From a virus: a stretch of 64,000 nt of DNA. This document shows, piece after piece, positions 37,722 to 46,640 of the stretch (the stretch's first letter is position 1; every line of letters begins with the position of its first letter). Under the pieces are notes generated by a model. That model had not been told where the DNA came from and searched no databases. It saw nothing but the letters and a program-made list of their open reading frames with translations. The stretch spans positions 8,059 through 72,058 of the IMG/VR virus record IMGVR_UViG_3300046780_000427. One strand, 5' to 3'. The position numbers and the translations under genes are program-made.

Positions 37722-38566
37722 TGACCGCAACCGGCATCCACCATGACCCGGCCCGCAAGCTCGGCTACATCCCGTCCACCCTGGCCGCGAGGGAGCGGCT
37801 GATCCGCCTCCCCCTGGGCGCGGTCCTCCCGGACGTGCCTGCCCTGGCGGACAACCTGGAGGCCCCGCAGTTCATCCTCGGGAGCAACGACAAGTTCGGC
37901 ACCTGCTGGCCGACATCGGTCGCGAACCATGCGATCCTCACCTGGTACTACGTGAAGGGGGAGCAGGTCACCGTCACCGATGAGGACGTGTTCGACCTCT
38001 ACCGGCGGTCAGGCAACCCGAACTTCGACCCCGCGTCCGGCACCGATGACAACGGCGTGGACCCGCTTAGCGCCGGGTTCCCCGCACTCATGTCCGGTGG
38101 CATCGGCGTGACCCTGGTCGATGAGCACGGCAACCCCGACCCCGCGTCCCGGCAGGTGATCAAACCGGTGTGCTACGGGTCGTTCGACCACACGTCCCTC
38201 CCGGACCTGCACGCGGCCACCTGGGCGACCGGCGCGGCGATGCTCGGGGTGAACCTGGAGATCGCGCAGCAGTCCCAGCCGGCCCTGTGGGACTACAAGC
38301 CCTCGGGTGAGTGGGGCGGGCACGCGATCATCGGCGGCGCCTACGCCCCCGCCGCCTCGGTCGCGGTCCTGGATGAGACGTGCATCTCCTGGCAGCAGAA
38401 GATCGGCATGACCGGCAGGTTCCTGGGCCACCAGCTCGACATGGGTGTCGGCCTGGTGTGGGAGCCGACATGGCGCGATGACACGTTCGCCGCCGGCGTG
38501 GACCGGGCCGCGCTCGCCGCCCTGTACCTGGCGGCCACCGGGCAGCCCATTGGGCAGCCGGGGTGA
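37721..38566 (+). CDS. Papain-like (C1-like) cysteine peptidase
   Basis: ND.FGTCW..S.AN...DDNGVD...GGHAII...ISW. Confidence 0.65.
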   Translation: MTATGIHHDPARKLGYIPSTLAARERLIRLPLGAVLPDVPALADNLEAPQFILGSNDKFGTCWPTSVANHAILTWYYVKGEQVTVTDEDVFDLYRRSGNPNFDPASGTDDNGVDPLSAGFPALMSGGIGVTLVDEHGNPDPASRQVIKPVCYGSFDHTSLPDLHAATWATGAAMLGVNLEIAQQSQPALWDYKPSGEWGGHAIIGGAYAPAASVAVLDETCISWQQKIGMTGRFLGHQLDMGVGLVWEPTWRDDTFAAGVDRAALAALYLAATGQPIGQPG

Positions 38567-38781
38567 AGACCTGCTCGGCGCTGCGTGCCCGCGACTCCGG
38601 GGAAGTCCCTACCGGACACTTCCATGTCCTGGACGTGACCGAGGTCGCTTACGTCCACCTGGTCGAGGACGATCACCCGTTCGGCTGGCACCCCGGTGAG
38701 GGGCTGCTGCACATGGAGGGGTCCTGGTCGATCCAGGGCGGGGAGCTGCTACCACCACAGGAGGACACCGATGCACCCTAA
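38563..38781 (+). CDS. Hypothetical protein
   Basis: GTGA-coupled. Confidence 0.45.
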   Translation: MKTCSALRARDSGEVPTGHFHVLDVTEVAYVHLVEDDHPFGWHPGEGLLHMEGSWSIQGGELLPPQEDTDAP

Positions 38782-39004
38782 CCAGGTCCACCCGCGGCGT
38801 GCCCAGGTCTCCGCGGCTGCCCGCAAACCCGCACCCCGGTACTACGCCCGTGCTGAGGGCCGGGCCTTGCACCGGGCCCGCCGGTGGCGCACCGGCCCCG
38901 GCCCGTCCTGGCACACCCCGGTCCGCGGGGCCAGGACCGCCCGGGGTGCCGTGTACGACGAAGCGTGACCACCGGCCAGCCCTCCCGGGCAGCCCGCGGT
39001 CACC

Positions 39005-39023
39005 TGTCAACACCGTGTTGACA
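39005..39023. promoter_or_regulatory. TGTCAA-N7-TTGACA palindrome upstream of lectin gene
   Basis: cctgtcaacac c gtgttgacagg. Confidence 0.75.
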
Positions 39024-39047
39024 GGAGCAAGGGGAAGGAAACACCCG

Positions 39048-39914
39048 ATGCGATTCCGTGCAACCATCACCGCCGCGGCCGCCGTGCTGGCCGTGGCCAT
39101 CACCGGCGCCGGGTATGCCTCCGGGCACGCCCAGCCTGGCCCGTCCCGGGTCACCTGCACCAGCGCCGGTGGGATCACCACCGGTGGCAAGGCTAGCGCA
39201 CCCGGCAACGGGTATGCCGTCTGGACGGCGCTGCCTGCGCCGCTGCCCGCGTGCCAGGAGCAGGCGTGGGTCAAGGTGTTCGCTGCCAACGGGCTGTCCG
39301 CATCCAGTGGAATGCTCAAGTCCACCTCGGCGAACCTGGGCAGGGTCACTGAGGCGCAGGTCCCGCAGGGCCTCCCGCTGGCCCGGGCGAGGCTGGAGGT
39401 CCAGTTCACCGGCAACCCGGGCAGCCGCCTGTGCAAGGTGTTCTTCCCGGCCGGGGATGGCACCTACCACCCGTGCACGAACACCAAGACCGCGGAGCTG
39501 ACCGTCAAGCGGGTCGCGGTGACCTGGTTCCACATCTGCCTCGCCCTGAATCACAGCCTGTGCGCTACGGCTAACGGCGTCGGCCATAACCTGTCGGTAG
39601 TGTCCTCCGGTTACAACAAGTGGCAGGCCATCCCGGACGGGTCCGGCGGGAAGATCATGTGGCAGAACGGCTCCGGCAACTGCATGGAGGTCACATCCTC
39701 CGAGGCCGTGACGAACACGCTCGGCGGCTGCGGCGGTGCCGCTTCTGAGGACTGGACGGTCGGCGGGTCCGGCAACGTGACATTCAACAACTCCGGCACG
39801 GACCTTTACATGGGCACCAACGGCGCGCAGGCCGGCAAGCTGGTCTACGCCCACCCGCCGCACACCGGGTTTGACCGGGGGTGGGTCACGTTCTCCTGCT
39901 GCGCGAAGGGCTAA
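39048..39914 (+). CDS. Secreted protein with ricin-B-like lectin domain
   Basis: Signal peptide; NKWQ...WQNGSGNCME...C..AASEDW beta-trefoil pattern. Confidence 0.6.
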   Translation: MRFRATITAAAAVLAVAITGAGYASGHAQPGPSRVTCTSAGGITTGGKASAPGNGYAVWTALPAPLPACQEQAWVKVFAANGLSASSGMLKSTSANLGRVTEAQVPQGLPLARARLEVQFTGNPGSRLCKVFFPAGDGTYHPCTNTKTAELTVKRVAVTWFHICLALNHSLCATANGVGHNLSVVSSGYNKWQAIPDGSGGKIMWQNGSGNCMEVTSSEAVTNTLGGCGGAASEDWTVGGSGNVTFNNSGTDLYMGTNGAQAGKLVYAHPPHTGFDRGWVTFSCCAKG

Positions 39915-40133
39915 CCTGCTGGACGTGACTGGCCCGGCTGCGACGGTGGAAGCGCAGCCGGGCCAGTCCTATCCCGGGTGCCTGGTCTGCGGGGCTACTG
40001 ACCGGCCGTTGCGGGGGTTGCGGCAGGAGCCGGGGGAGGCACCGTGGCGGGTCTGCGCGGATCCTGGGCCGTGCCGGGACGCGGCCGGGCTGCCCCCGAT
40101 CTAGTTCTGCCGGCGTGGACAGAATGTCACAGG

Positions 40134-40183
40134 CCCATGCTACGGTTAACACGTAAGCAATCGACCCCCTGGAGAGAGGGAAC
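40134..40183 (+). promoter_or_regulatory. Conserved cassette leader A (extended -10, ACACGTAAGCA, GGAGAGAGGGAAC)
   Basis: tgcTACGGTtaacacgtaagca...ggagagagggaac. Confidence 0.75.
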
Positions 40184-40187
40184 CAAG

Positions 40188-41444
40188 ATGTCAACCATCA
40201 CCAACGAGGTCAACGCCCAGTTCGACACCCAGCGCGCCTCACAGATCGCCGCCTACGTCAACAACCAGGCCACCCAGGCTGACCGGATCGCCGCCGCAGA
40301 ACGCAGGGTCGCCTCCGGTGAACTGTCCGACATGGGCGGCGGGGCCTTCCGGGTCATGACCGGATGGGACCGCGGGGAAGTGTTCAACTTCGGCGCCAAC
40401 GGGCTCCTCATGCCGCAGGCCAATCTGGACCTCGCCGAGGACGGCAAGGCCCTCGGGTATTTCGCCGAGCCGGAGTGGCACGGTCTCGGCACCGTCATCC
40501 TCGGCGGCACCACCGACATCCCGCAGATCCTCCAGGTGTCCGGCGGGGACTACTACGTGGACAAGCGGATCTCCCGTGCGTTCGATGACCAGGGCAACCT
40601 GCTGGAGAACTCCGAGGGGTTCCAGACCGTCCGGCACGGCGGCGACCGGCCGGCGGCGATCCTCGGGCAGGTCGGTTCCCGGTGGACCCCGATTCAGAAT
40701 GAGGACGGGTTCGGGTTCCTGGCCGAGCTGATCGGCCGCAAGGAGATCCTGCCCGTGTCCGCGTTCCCGCTGTGGAACGGGCGGGTCTACGTGATGGCGC
40801 TGCGCCTCCCGGAGGACATCGTCCTAGACGCGCAGGGTGTCGGGGACATCATCCGGCCCTACATCATGGCCCGCAACTCCTTCGACGGGCGGACCCCGTT
40901 CCAGTGTGTCGTGACCCCGTGGCGGCCCCGCTGCTCCAACACTGAGCGGCTGGCCCTCCGGGATGCGATCACCACGTGGAAGGTCCCGCACACCACCAAC
41001 GCGCTCAAGCGCATCGATGAGGCCCGGCAGACCCTCGGCCTGACCCTCAACTATTACTCGGAGTTCGCCGCCGAGGAGGAGGCCCTGATCCACACCGACC
41101 TGACCACCCGTCAGATCGACACCCTGCTCTCGGAACTGGACGCCGAGCTGTGGCCGGAGACGACCAAGAAGGACGGCAAGGCCGAGCCGACGAAGCGGAC
41201 CGAGAAGATCCGCACGCTCCGGTCTGAGGGCCTGCGTGAGACCATCACCGAGGAGGGCGGCCAGGTCGGCCGGAACGCCTACGCGGTCGAGCGGGCCTAC
41301 ACCTCCTGGCTGGACCACTCCGCTCCCCGCCGCATGGCTGGCCTGCCCGATGGTGCCGCGAGGGCAACGGCGATCCTGGAGGGCTTCGAGGACGGTCGTA
41401 AGGACACCGTCCACAAGCGGCTGATGACCCTGGTCACCCGCTAA
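40188..41444 (+). CDS. DUF932/DUF945 family protein
   Basis: WHGLG...IQN...F...NSFDG...TPWRPRCSNT...HT. Confidence 0.85.
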   Translation: MSTITNEVNAQFDTQRASQIAAYVNNQATQADRIAAAERRVASGELSDMGGGAFRVMTGWDRGEVFNFGANGLLMPQANLDLAEDGKALGYFAEPEWHGLGTVILGGTTDIPQILQVSGGDYYVDKRISRAFDDQGNLLENSEGFQTVRHGGDRPAAILGQVGSRWTPIQNEDGFGFLAELIGRKEILPVSAFPLWNGRVYVMALRLPEDIVLDAQGVGDIIRPYIMARNSFDGRTPFQCVVTPWRPRCSNTERLALRDAITTWKVPHTTNALKRIDEARQTLGLTLNYYSEFAAEEEALIHTDLTTRQIDTLLSELDAELWPETTKKDGKAEPTKRTEKIRTLRSEGLRETITEEGGQVGRNAYAVERAYTSWLDHSAPRRMAGLPDGAARATAILEGFEDGRKDTVHKRLMTLVTR

Positions 41445-41452
41445 CCGCACCA

Positions 41453-41483
41453 GGCCCGGCCTCCCTGGCAGGGAGGCCGGGCC
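41453..41483 (+). terminator. 13-bp hairpin terminator
   Basis: ggcccggcctccc tggca gggaggccgggcc. Confidence 0.6.
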
Positions 41484-41527
41484 CCTGCTATCGTTCACAG
41501 GTATAATACCCTTTGGAGAGAGGGAAC
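41482..41527 (+). promoter_or_regulatory. Conserved cassette leader B
   Basis: cccctgcTATCGTtcacaggta...ggagagagggaac. Confidence 0.7.
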
Positions 41528-41530
41528 ACG

Positions 41531-41923
41531 ATGAAGATCACGCAGGCAGACCGGGAGGCGGCCCTGGCCGAACTCGCCGGCATGAAAGCCACCGGCACCA
41601 CGGCCCGGATCGTCGCTGACGCGTTCGCCGCCGAACTGCGCCCGCACCTGGCCAAGGAACACCGCGCCCGGACCCGCGGCCTCTACCGGGTGTGGGTGGG
41701 TGCGCAGGGACCTGAGGGCCTGTTCGGCGCCATCGACGTGTCCGTGACCTCGGGGAAGATCACCCGCGCGTACCTGACCCATGGCAACCACGGCACGGAG
41801 CGTGTCTACACCCGGGTTGCGGAGATCCGCACGGTCATCCGTTCCTGGGCGGCAGCGCGAGCGGCTGAGGCATCCCTGGATGCCCTGCTAACCGGCAAGC
41901 CCTACCCGCAGGCGGGGTCATGA
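41531..41923 (+). CDS. Hypothetical protein
   Basis: Follows leader B. Confidence 0.65.
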   Translation: MKITQADREAALAELAGMKATGTTARIVADAFAAELRPHLAKEHRARTRGLYRVWVGAQGPEGLFGAIDVSVTSGKITRAYLTHGNHGTERVYTRVAEIRTVIRSWAAARAAEASLDALLTGKPYPQAGS

Positions 41924-42174
41924 GGCCGCAGGTCGCCGCCGGCGGCCGCACCGTCACCGTCACCTTCTACCTGCCCTCGGGGGTGATCATCGCAGAGGAG
42001 GACGTGCCGATGGTCACCGAGGCCCTGACGGAGTACTCCCGCCGGCGGGAGGGCCGGACTTCGATGCTCCGCGGGCCGGAGCACGCGCAGGCCAGGGCGG
42101 AGCTGCGGGTGCAGGCCCGCCGTGCCGCCCGCCTGGTCCAGACGATCACCACCGCGAGCAGGGGGCAGTCATGA
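41920..42174 (+). CDS. Hypothetical protein
   Basis: Coupled ORF. Confidence 0.55.
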   Translation: MRPQVAAGGRTVTVTFYLPSGVIIAEEDVPMVTEALTEYSRRREGRTSMLRGPEHAQARAELRVQARRAARLVQTITTASRGQS

Positions 42175-42698
42175 CCGAGGACGGCAGGCAGGAGCAGGAA
42201 TGGGTCGCCACCGGCACCCGGGTCCTGTCCAGTGACCGGCGCGGGCAGGAGTTCCTGACCGAGACCGGGGAGCTGAAGGTGTATGCGGAGCGGGTGTCCT
42301 ACGTCATCGGCGGGATCTACACCGTCCAGACCAGTACTAAGGGCGGCTGCACCATCCGGCACGGTGAGCCTGTTTACACCGGCCGACGCCGCCCGGCGGA
42401 GGAGCGGGCCCTGTGGGAGGCTGAGGACCAGGCTGCTGAGGTCGCCTTGGACCGGGCCGCTCTAGAACGCAAGCACCGCAAGGGCGGGGCGCTGGATGAG
42501 GCCCTGGCCCCGCTGCTGGAGATCATGGCCGGGACCCGCACCGGCACCCAGCGGCAAGCGCTGATCGGCTACGTGTCTGACCGGCTCGGCGCGGCCTACC
42601 ACGAGGCGATGATTGACCGCCTCCGCAGCGAGGCCCAGGAGGCTGGCCGGGACGCGGCCAGGGCGATCAAGGCAGCCCGGAAAGCAGGAGGCAAGTGA
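42171..42698 (+). CDS. Hypothetical protein
   Basis: Coupled ORF. Confidence 0.6.
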   Translation: MTEDGRQEQEWVATGTRVLSSDRRGQEFLTETGELKVYAERVSYVIGGIYTVQTSTKGGCTIRHGEPVYTGRRRPAEERALWEAEDQAAEVALDRAALERKHRKGGALDEALAPLLEIMAGTRTGTQRQALIGYVSDRLGAAYHEAMIDRLRSEAQEAGRDAARAIKAARKAGGK

Positions 42699-43009
42699 TG
42701 AGCGGCGCATGGATAGGCACGTTCCCCTGCTGGACCCACCAGGACCGCACCGGGGAACCCGGCCAGCACTATTTCGAGGCCGACCCCGGCACGGTCATGT
42801 CCGTCCTGATAGACCCGGACACCGGCCGGCCACCAGACATCGGGGAGGACGGTGCCCCGGTGCCGATCGACCCGGACGCAGTGGCCCGGTGCATCCAGGC
42901 GTTCATCTGCCCGGACTGCCTGGCCGCGGTGAACGAGGAACGCCGGGCCCGCCCGGATCTCCCGCCCCCGGTCAAGCCCGGCGGCATCCCCTGGACGGAG
43001 CAGCCATGA
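42695..43009 (+). CDS. Zn-binding hypothetical protein
   Basis: F..DP..V.S...DP.TG.PPD...ICPDC...VN. Confidence 0.6.
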   Translation: MMSGAWIGTFPCWTHQDRTGEPGQHYFEADPGTVMSVLIDPDTGRPPDIGEDGAPVPIDPDAVARCIQAFICPDCLAAVNEERRARPDLPPPVKPGGIPWTEQP

Positions 43010-43185
43010 CCGCTCACATCGCAAAGATCACCCCGCTGCAAGACGGGTTCAAAGTCACCTGCCCGGAGGGCTGCAACCTGGGCACGTCCGCCTGGCAGGA
43101 CACCCAGCAGGACGCGGAACGGCGCGCCGAGCTGCACTCGGTAGCTACGGCTCCCCTGGGCCTGCTGCACCGGGAGGCACGATGA
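43006..43185 (+). CDS. Small hypothetical protein
   Basis: Coupled; CPEGC...H. Confidence 0.5.
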   Translation: MTAHIAKITPLQDGFKVTCPEGCNLGTSAWQDTQQDAERRAELHSVATAPLGLLHREAR

Positions 43186-43469
43186 GCGGCATCGTGTGGC
43201 CCTCGGAGGTGTACCGGGCAGTCATCGCAGACGCCCGGGATGCGCTCCGTGACGCGGAGGAGGACCGGGACAGGTGGCAGGTGCACGCCCAGGCTGACCA
43301 CGCCGCCTTGGGCCGCGCCTGGTCCTGCATCGGCTCCTGGATGGAGGTCGCCGGCAGGTGGCCTGATGACCTCGGCCTCACCGCCACCGGGCTGCACCCG
43401 CCGACCCTGCGGGCCTGCACGGCCGCGCTACAGGCCCGCATCATCGAGCAGGAGGAGTCCGATGACTAA
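43182..43469 (+). CDS. Hypothetical protein
   Basis: Coupled ORF. Confidence 0.55.
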   Translation: MSGIVWPSEVYRAVIADARDALRDAEEDRDRWQVHAQADHAALGRAWSCIGSWMEVAGRWPDDLGLTATGLHPPTLRACTAALQARIIEQEESDD

Positions 43470-43866
43470 CCCCGCAGACCTGGCAGAGATCACCCGCCGC
43501 CACGGCCGCCAGCACACCACGAACCCGCGTCAGGACTACTGCCCTGCTGACAACCAGGACTGGCCCTGCGACGTGGCCCGCCTCCTGGAGGCACTGGAGT
43601 CCTCCCGCGGGGACGGCGCGGCGCTGGCAGCGGCCACGTGGTCAGGGATCGAAGCCGCTGAGGCCGCGCTGGCCGTGGCCGCTGATGTCCTCAACCGGGT
43701 CAAACTGGCAGCAGGGCCGACGATGGAACTGGACCCCGAGGGCAAGACCCTCGGCTTGCACAACGCCGGGGCCTGCTCGACGTGCCGCCTGACCCACACC
43801 CTGACCGGAGCCGGGGAGCTGAACATGGCGATCCTGGCCGCCCGAGCACAAGGAGGAGATCACTGA
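43462..43866 (+). CDS. Hypothetical protein
   Basis: YCPAD.QDWPCD motif; GGAGGAG RBS. Confidence 0.6.
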   Translation: MTNPADLAEITRRHGRQHTTNPRQDYCPADNQDWPCDVARLLEALESSRGDGAALAAATWSGIEAAEAALAVAADVLNRVKLAAGPTMELDPEGKTLGLHNAGACSTCRLTHTLTGAGELNMAILAARAQGGDH

Positions 43867-44192
43867 TGCCCGCTGAGGATGGCCTGCTGTGGCCTGAGGA
43901 GGTCGCCGCGAAGGCCGGATGGACCGCGAAGACGCTCCGCGCGCAGGTCGCCGCGTCCAAGAAACTCCAGGAGGCCGGCACCCTGGGCCCCCATCACCTG
44001 CCGATGCCCGCCGACCGCAGGCTCCGCCCCCATGACCGGACCCCGGCGAACCCGACCGGGAAGGGCGCCAAGTGGCAGAACCTATGGCGGCCCGGGGACA
44101 TCGAGGCGTGGCTGCCGAACCGCCGCAGGCCGGGGAACCCGGACGGGTTCGCCGCCTCACACGCTGCCGCCCGGGCCCGCCGTGGCAGCTAA
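43866..44192 (+). CDS. AlpA/excisionase-like HTH DNA-binding protein
   Basis: LLWPEEVAAKAGWTAKTLR...LPMP.D...LW....IEAW...R. Confidence 0.65.
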   Translation: MPAEDGLLWPEEVAAKAGWTAKTLRAQVAASKKLQEAGTLGPHHLPMPADRRLRPHDRTPANPTGKGAKWQNLWRPGDIEAWLPNRRRPGNPDGFAASHAAARARRGS

Positions 44193-44325
44193 CCTGGCCT
44201 GCGCGCATCTGCACTGCACCTACTGTGAGGCGCCGCTGCGGCGGGATGGGTCCTGCTGCGGCGAACCCCATGACCTGCCCTACCGTGAACGGGTAACAGC
44301 GCCCAGGTCAGGCACAATAGGCGCC

Positions 44326-44574
44326 ATGACAACTTCCCCCGCACCGATGACCGCCCCGGCCGGGCCGGCCTCCCAGCGGCATGTCGAAACGTCGATCACC
44401 CTCGCCAAGGGTGAGACCCTGACCGTCGCCCACCTGATCCAGCTCACCACCGACGCCGCCGCCGTGGGCCTGCCCGTGGAGGCGACTGTGCGGGTCGAGA
44501 ACCGCATCAGCGGCAAACCTATGCGGCTCACCGTGGCAGGCGAGGCGCCGGTCACAGTGTCAAGGCATGATTGA
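44326..44574 (+). CDS. Hypothetical protein
   Basis: ATG 7 nt after CACAAT, possibly leaderless. Confidence 0.5.
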   Translation: MTTSPAPMTAPAGPASQRHVETSITLAKGETLTVAHLIQLTTDAAAVGLPVEATVRVENRISGKPMRLTVAGEAPVTVSRHD

Positions 44575-44576
44575 CA
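44558..44576. promoter_or_regulatory. TGTCAA-N7-TTGACA palindrome at start of DNA modification operon
   Basis: tgtcaa ggcatga ttgaca. Confidence 0.7.
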
Positions 44577-44577
44577 G

Positions 44578-45147
44578 GTGACCGACACCCAGCCTGAGGC
44601 AGCGTTCCGGCTAGGCCCCCAGCAGTTCGACCCCGCTATACCTGTTGAGTCGATCAGCGAGCACCCCCGCAACCCGAACGAGGGCGACATCGGGGCCATC
44701 CATGAGTCGATGGGGCAGCACGGGTTCGTCGGGGCGATCATGGTTCAGCGGTCCACCGGGTATGTCCTGGACGGCAACCACACCTACCGGACTGCTGTCG
44801 CGAAGGGTGCCCTGACCCTGCCCGGGTTCTGGCTTGACGTGGATGATGATGAGGCCCTGCGGATCCTCATGGATATCAACCACACCGCCCGCCTCGGCCG
44901 CGACGACCTGGCCCTGGCCTCCGCGCTCCTGCTGGATTTGCGCGGCCGCGGGGACCTGCCCGCGTCCTACTCCGATGACGACCTGCAGCAGATGCTTGAT
45001 GACCTGTCCGGGCCGGCGGCGCCGGATGAGTTCCCCGAGTACGGCGACGACATCAGCACCGAGCACGAATGCCCCCGCTGCGGGTACGCCTTTAGCGGTG
45101 GCACTAAGCGGCCTGTGGGCGCTGAGGACGCCGGCGCGGGCCCATGA
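44578..45147 (+). CDS. ParB/sulfiredoxin-like N-terminal domain protein with C-terminal Zn ribbon
   Basis: HPRNPNEGD...SM..HGF...VLDGNH...HECPRCGY. Confidence 0.8.
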   Translation: MTDTQPEAAFRLGPQQFDPAIPVESISEHPRNPNEGDIGAIHESMGQHGFVGAIMVQRSTGYVLDGNHTYRTAVAKGALTLPGFWLDVDDDEALRILMDINHTARLGRDDLALASALLLDLRGRGDLPASYSDDDLQQMLDDLSGPAAPDEFPEYGDDISTEHECPRCGYAFSGGTKRPVGAEDAGAGP

Positions 45148-46640
45148 CCCGGGTGCTCCTGCGCCTGCACCACCACGGCCAGGATTACCGTTGGGCTGAT
45201 GTGACCGACCGGCCGATGCCGACGATCAACACTATCGGGATCAGCGACCTCGGCAGCACAGGCCCGGATGGCATCATGATCGCGCCCACCCTGGGAGGCC
45301 CCGTGCCCGTAGTCGACAAACCGCCGTACCGGGTCCCGGGCATGGGAGAGATCCGGGCCCTGGAGTGGAACGGGTTTACCGCCGCGTCCACGTTCTCGGG
45401 GTGCGGCGGCGGGTGCCTGGGCCTGGAGATGGCCGGCTACCGGATCGGGTGGGCAAGCGAGTTCATCCCCGCCGCCGCTGACACCTACGCCGCGAACCAC
45501 CCTGGCGTGCACCTGGACACCAGGGACATCCGGCAGGTTGACCCGCAGGAGGTCCTGGACATCATGGGCCTGAAGGTGGGGGAGCTGGCCCTGCTCGAGG
45601 GGTCGCCGCCGTGCGCCGCGTTCTCCACCGCCGGGGTCAGGTCGGCGGGGTGGAATCAGCCGCGGAAATATTCGGACACGGTGCAGCGCACTGATGACCT
45701 GTTCGGGGAGTACTGCCGGATGATTGAGGGCCTGCGCCCGGCCGTGTTCACCGCCGAGAACGTCTCCGGCTTGGTCAAGGGTGTGGCGAAGGGGTATTTC
45801 AAGGAGATCCTGGCCCGGATGAAAGCCGCCGGCTACCAGGTGCAGGCCCGACTGTTGGACGCTTCGTGGCTGGGGGTGCCGCAGGCGAGGCAGCGGATCT
45901 TTTTCGTCGGCGTCCGCGAGGACCTGGGTATGGCCCCGGCCTACCCCAAGCCGCTCCCCTACCGGTATTCGGTGCGGGATGCGTTGCCGCACATCCTCGC
46001 CCAGGGCGCCAATACCGAGTTCGGTCAGGCAGCCTGGGAGGACGGGTCCCGGCCCTCGGGGAGCCTGGGCGCGGACCCGTCCACCGGTAATGGGCTGTCG
46101 CCGCCTGGGCATGTGCTCGAAGTCGCGGAGATCATCACCCAGCGGGGGCCCAAGGAAGAGCCGCAGTACTCCGCTGGGGACATCACTGACCGGCCCGCGC
46201 CGGCGGTCTTGGAGCGGAACGGGAACTATCAGGTCGCCGGCCCGACTGGGGTCACGCATGACCCGGAGACCGGCGCGGACATCACCATCGGCCGGTATGC
46301 CATCGGGAAGGAATGGCTGCGCCTGGCCGAGGGGCAGAAGTCGGGCCGTTACCAGCAGCTATGGCGTCCCGATGATGGCCGGCCCGTGCCGACGCTGACC
46401 GCCCGCGCCGGCGCCGAGGGCGTCGCCGGGGTGATGCACTGGGCGGAATGCCGCAAGCTCACGTTGGGGGAGCTGCGGGCCCTGTGCGGGTTCCCCCCGG
46501 ACTTTGTCCTCACCGGGTCCTATAAGCAACGGTGGGAACGGCTCGGCCGGGCGGTGCCGCCGGTGATGATGGCGCACCTGGCCGCAGCGATCCGGGACCA
46601 GATCCTGGTCCCGCTCCGCGCGGATGGGAGGATCGGGTAA
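45144..46640 (+). CDS. C5-cytosine DNA methyltransferase variant, predicted carboxymethyltransferase (motif X Asn replaced by Arg)
   Basis: Motifs I FSGCGG, IV GSPPC..FS, VI ENV, VIII PQARQRIFFVG, IX RKLT..E...LCGFP; X reads LGRAVPP instead of LGNAVPP. Confidence 0.9.
   Translation: MTRVLLRLHHHGQDYRWADVTDRPMPTINTIGISDLGSTGPDGIMIAPTLGGPVPVVDKPPYRVPGMGEIRALEWNGFTAASTFSGCGGGCLGLEMAGYRIGWASEFIPAAADTYAANHPGVHLDTRDIRQVDPQEVLDIMGLKVGELALLEGSPPCAAFSTAGVRSAGWNQPRKYSDTVQRTDDLFGEYCRMIEGLRPAVFTAENVSGLVKGVAKGYFKEILARMKAAGYQVQARLLDASWLGVPQARQRIFFVGVREDLGMAPAYPKPLPYRYSVRDALPHILAQGANTEFGQAAWEDGSRPSGSLGADPSTGNGLSPPGHVLEVAEIITQRGPKEEPQYSAGDITDRPAPAVLERNGNYQVAGPTGVTHDPETGADITIGRYAIGKEWLRLAEGQKSGRYQQLWRPDDGRPVPTLTARAGAEGVAGVMHWAECRKLTLGELRALCGFPPDFVLTGSYKQRWERLGRAVPPVMMAHLAAAIRDQILVPLRADGRIG

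Noticed and set aside
44578-45147. Second partition ParB
   Set aside because: Only the ParB/Srx N-terminal domain with no HTH; this type commonly accompanies phage DNA-modification genes.
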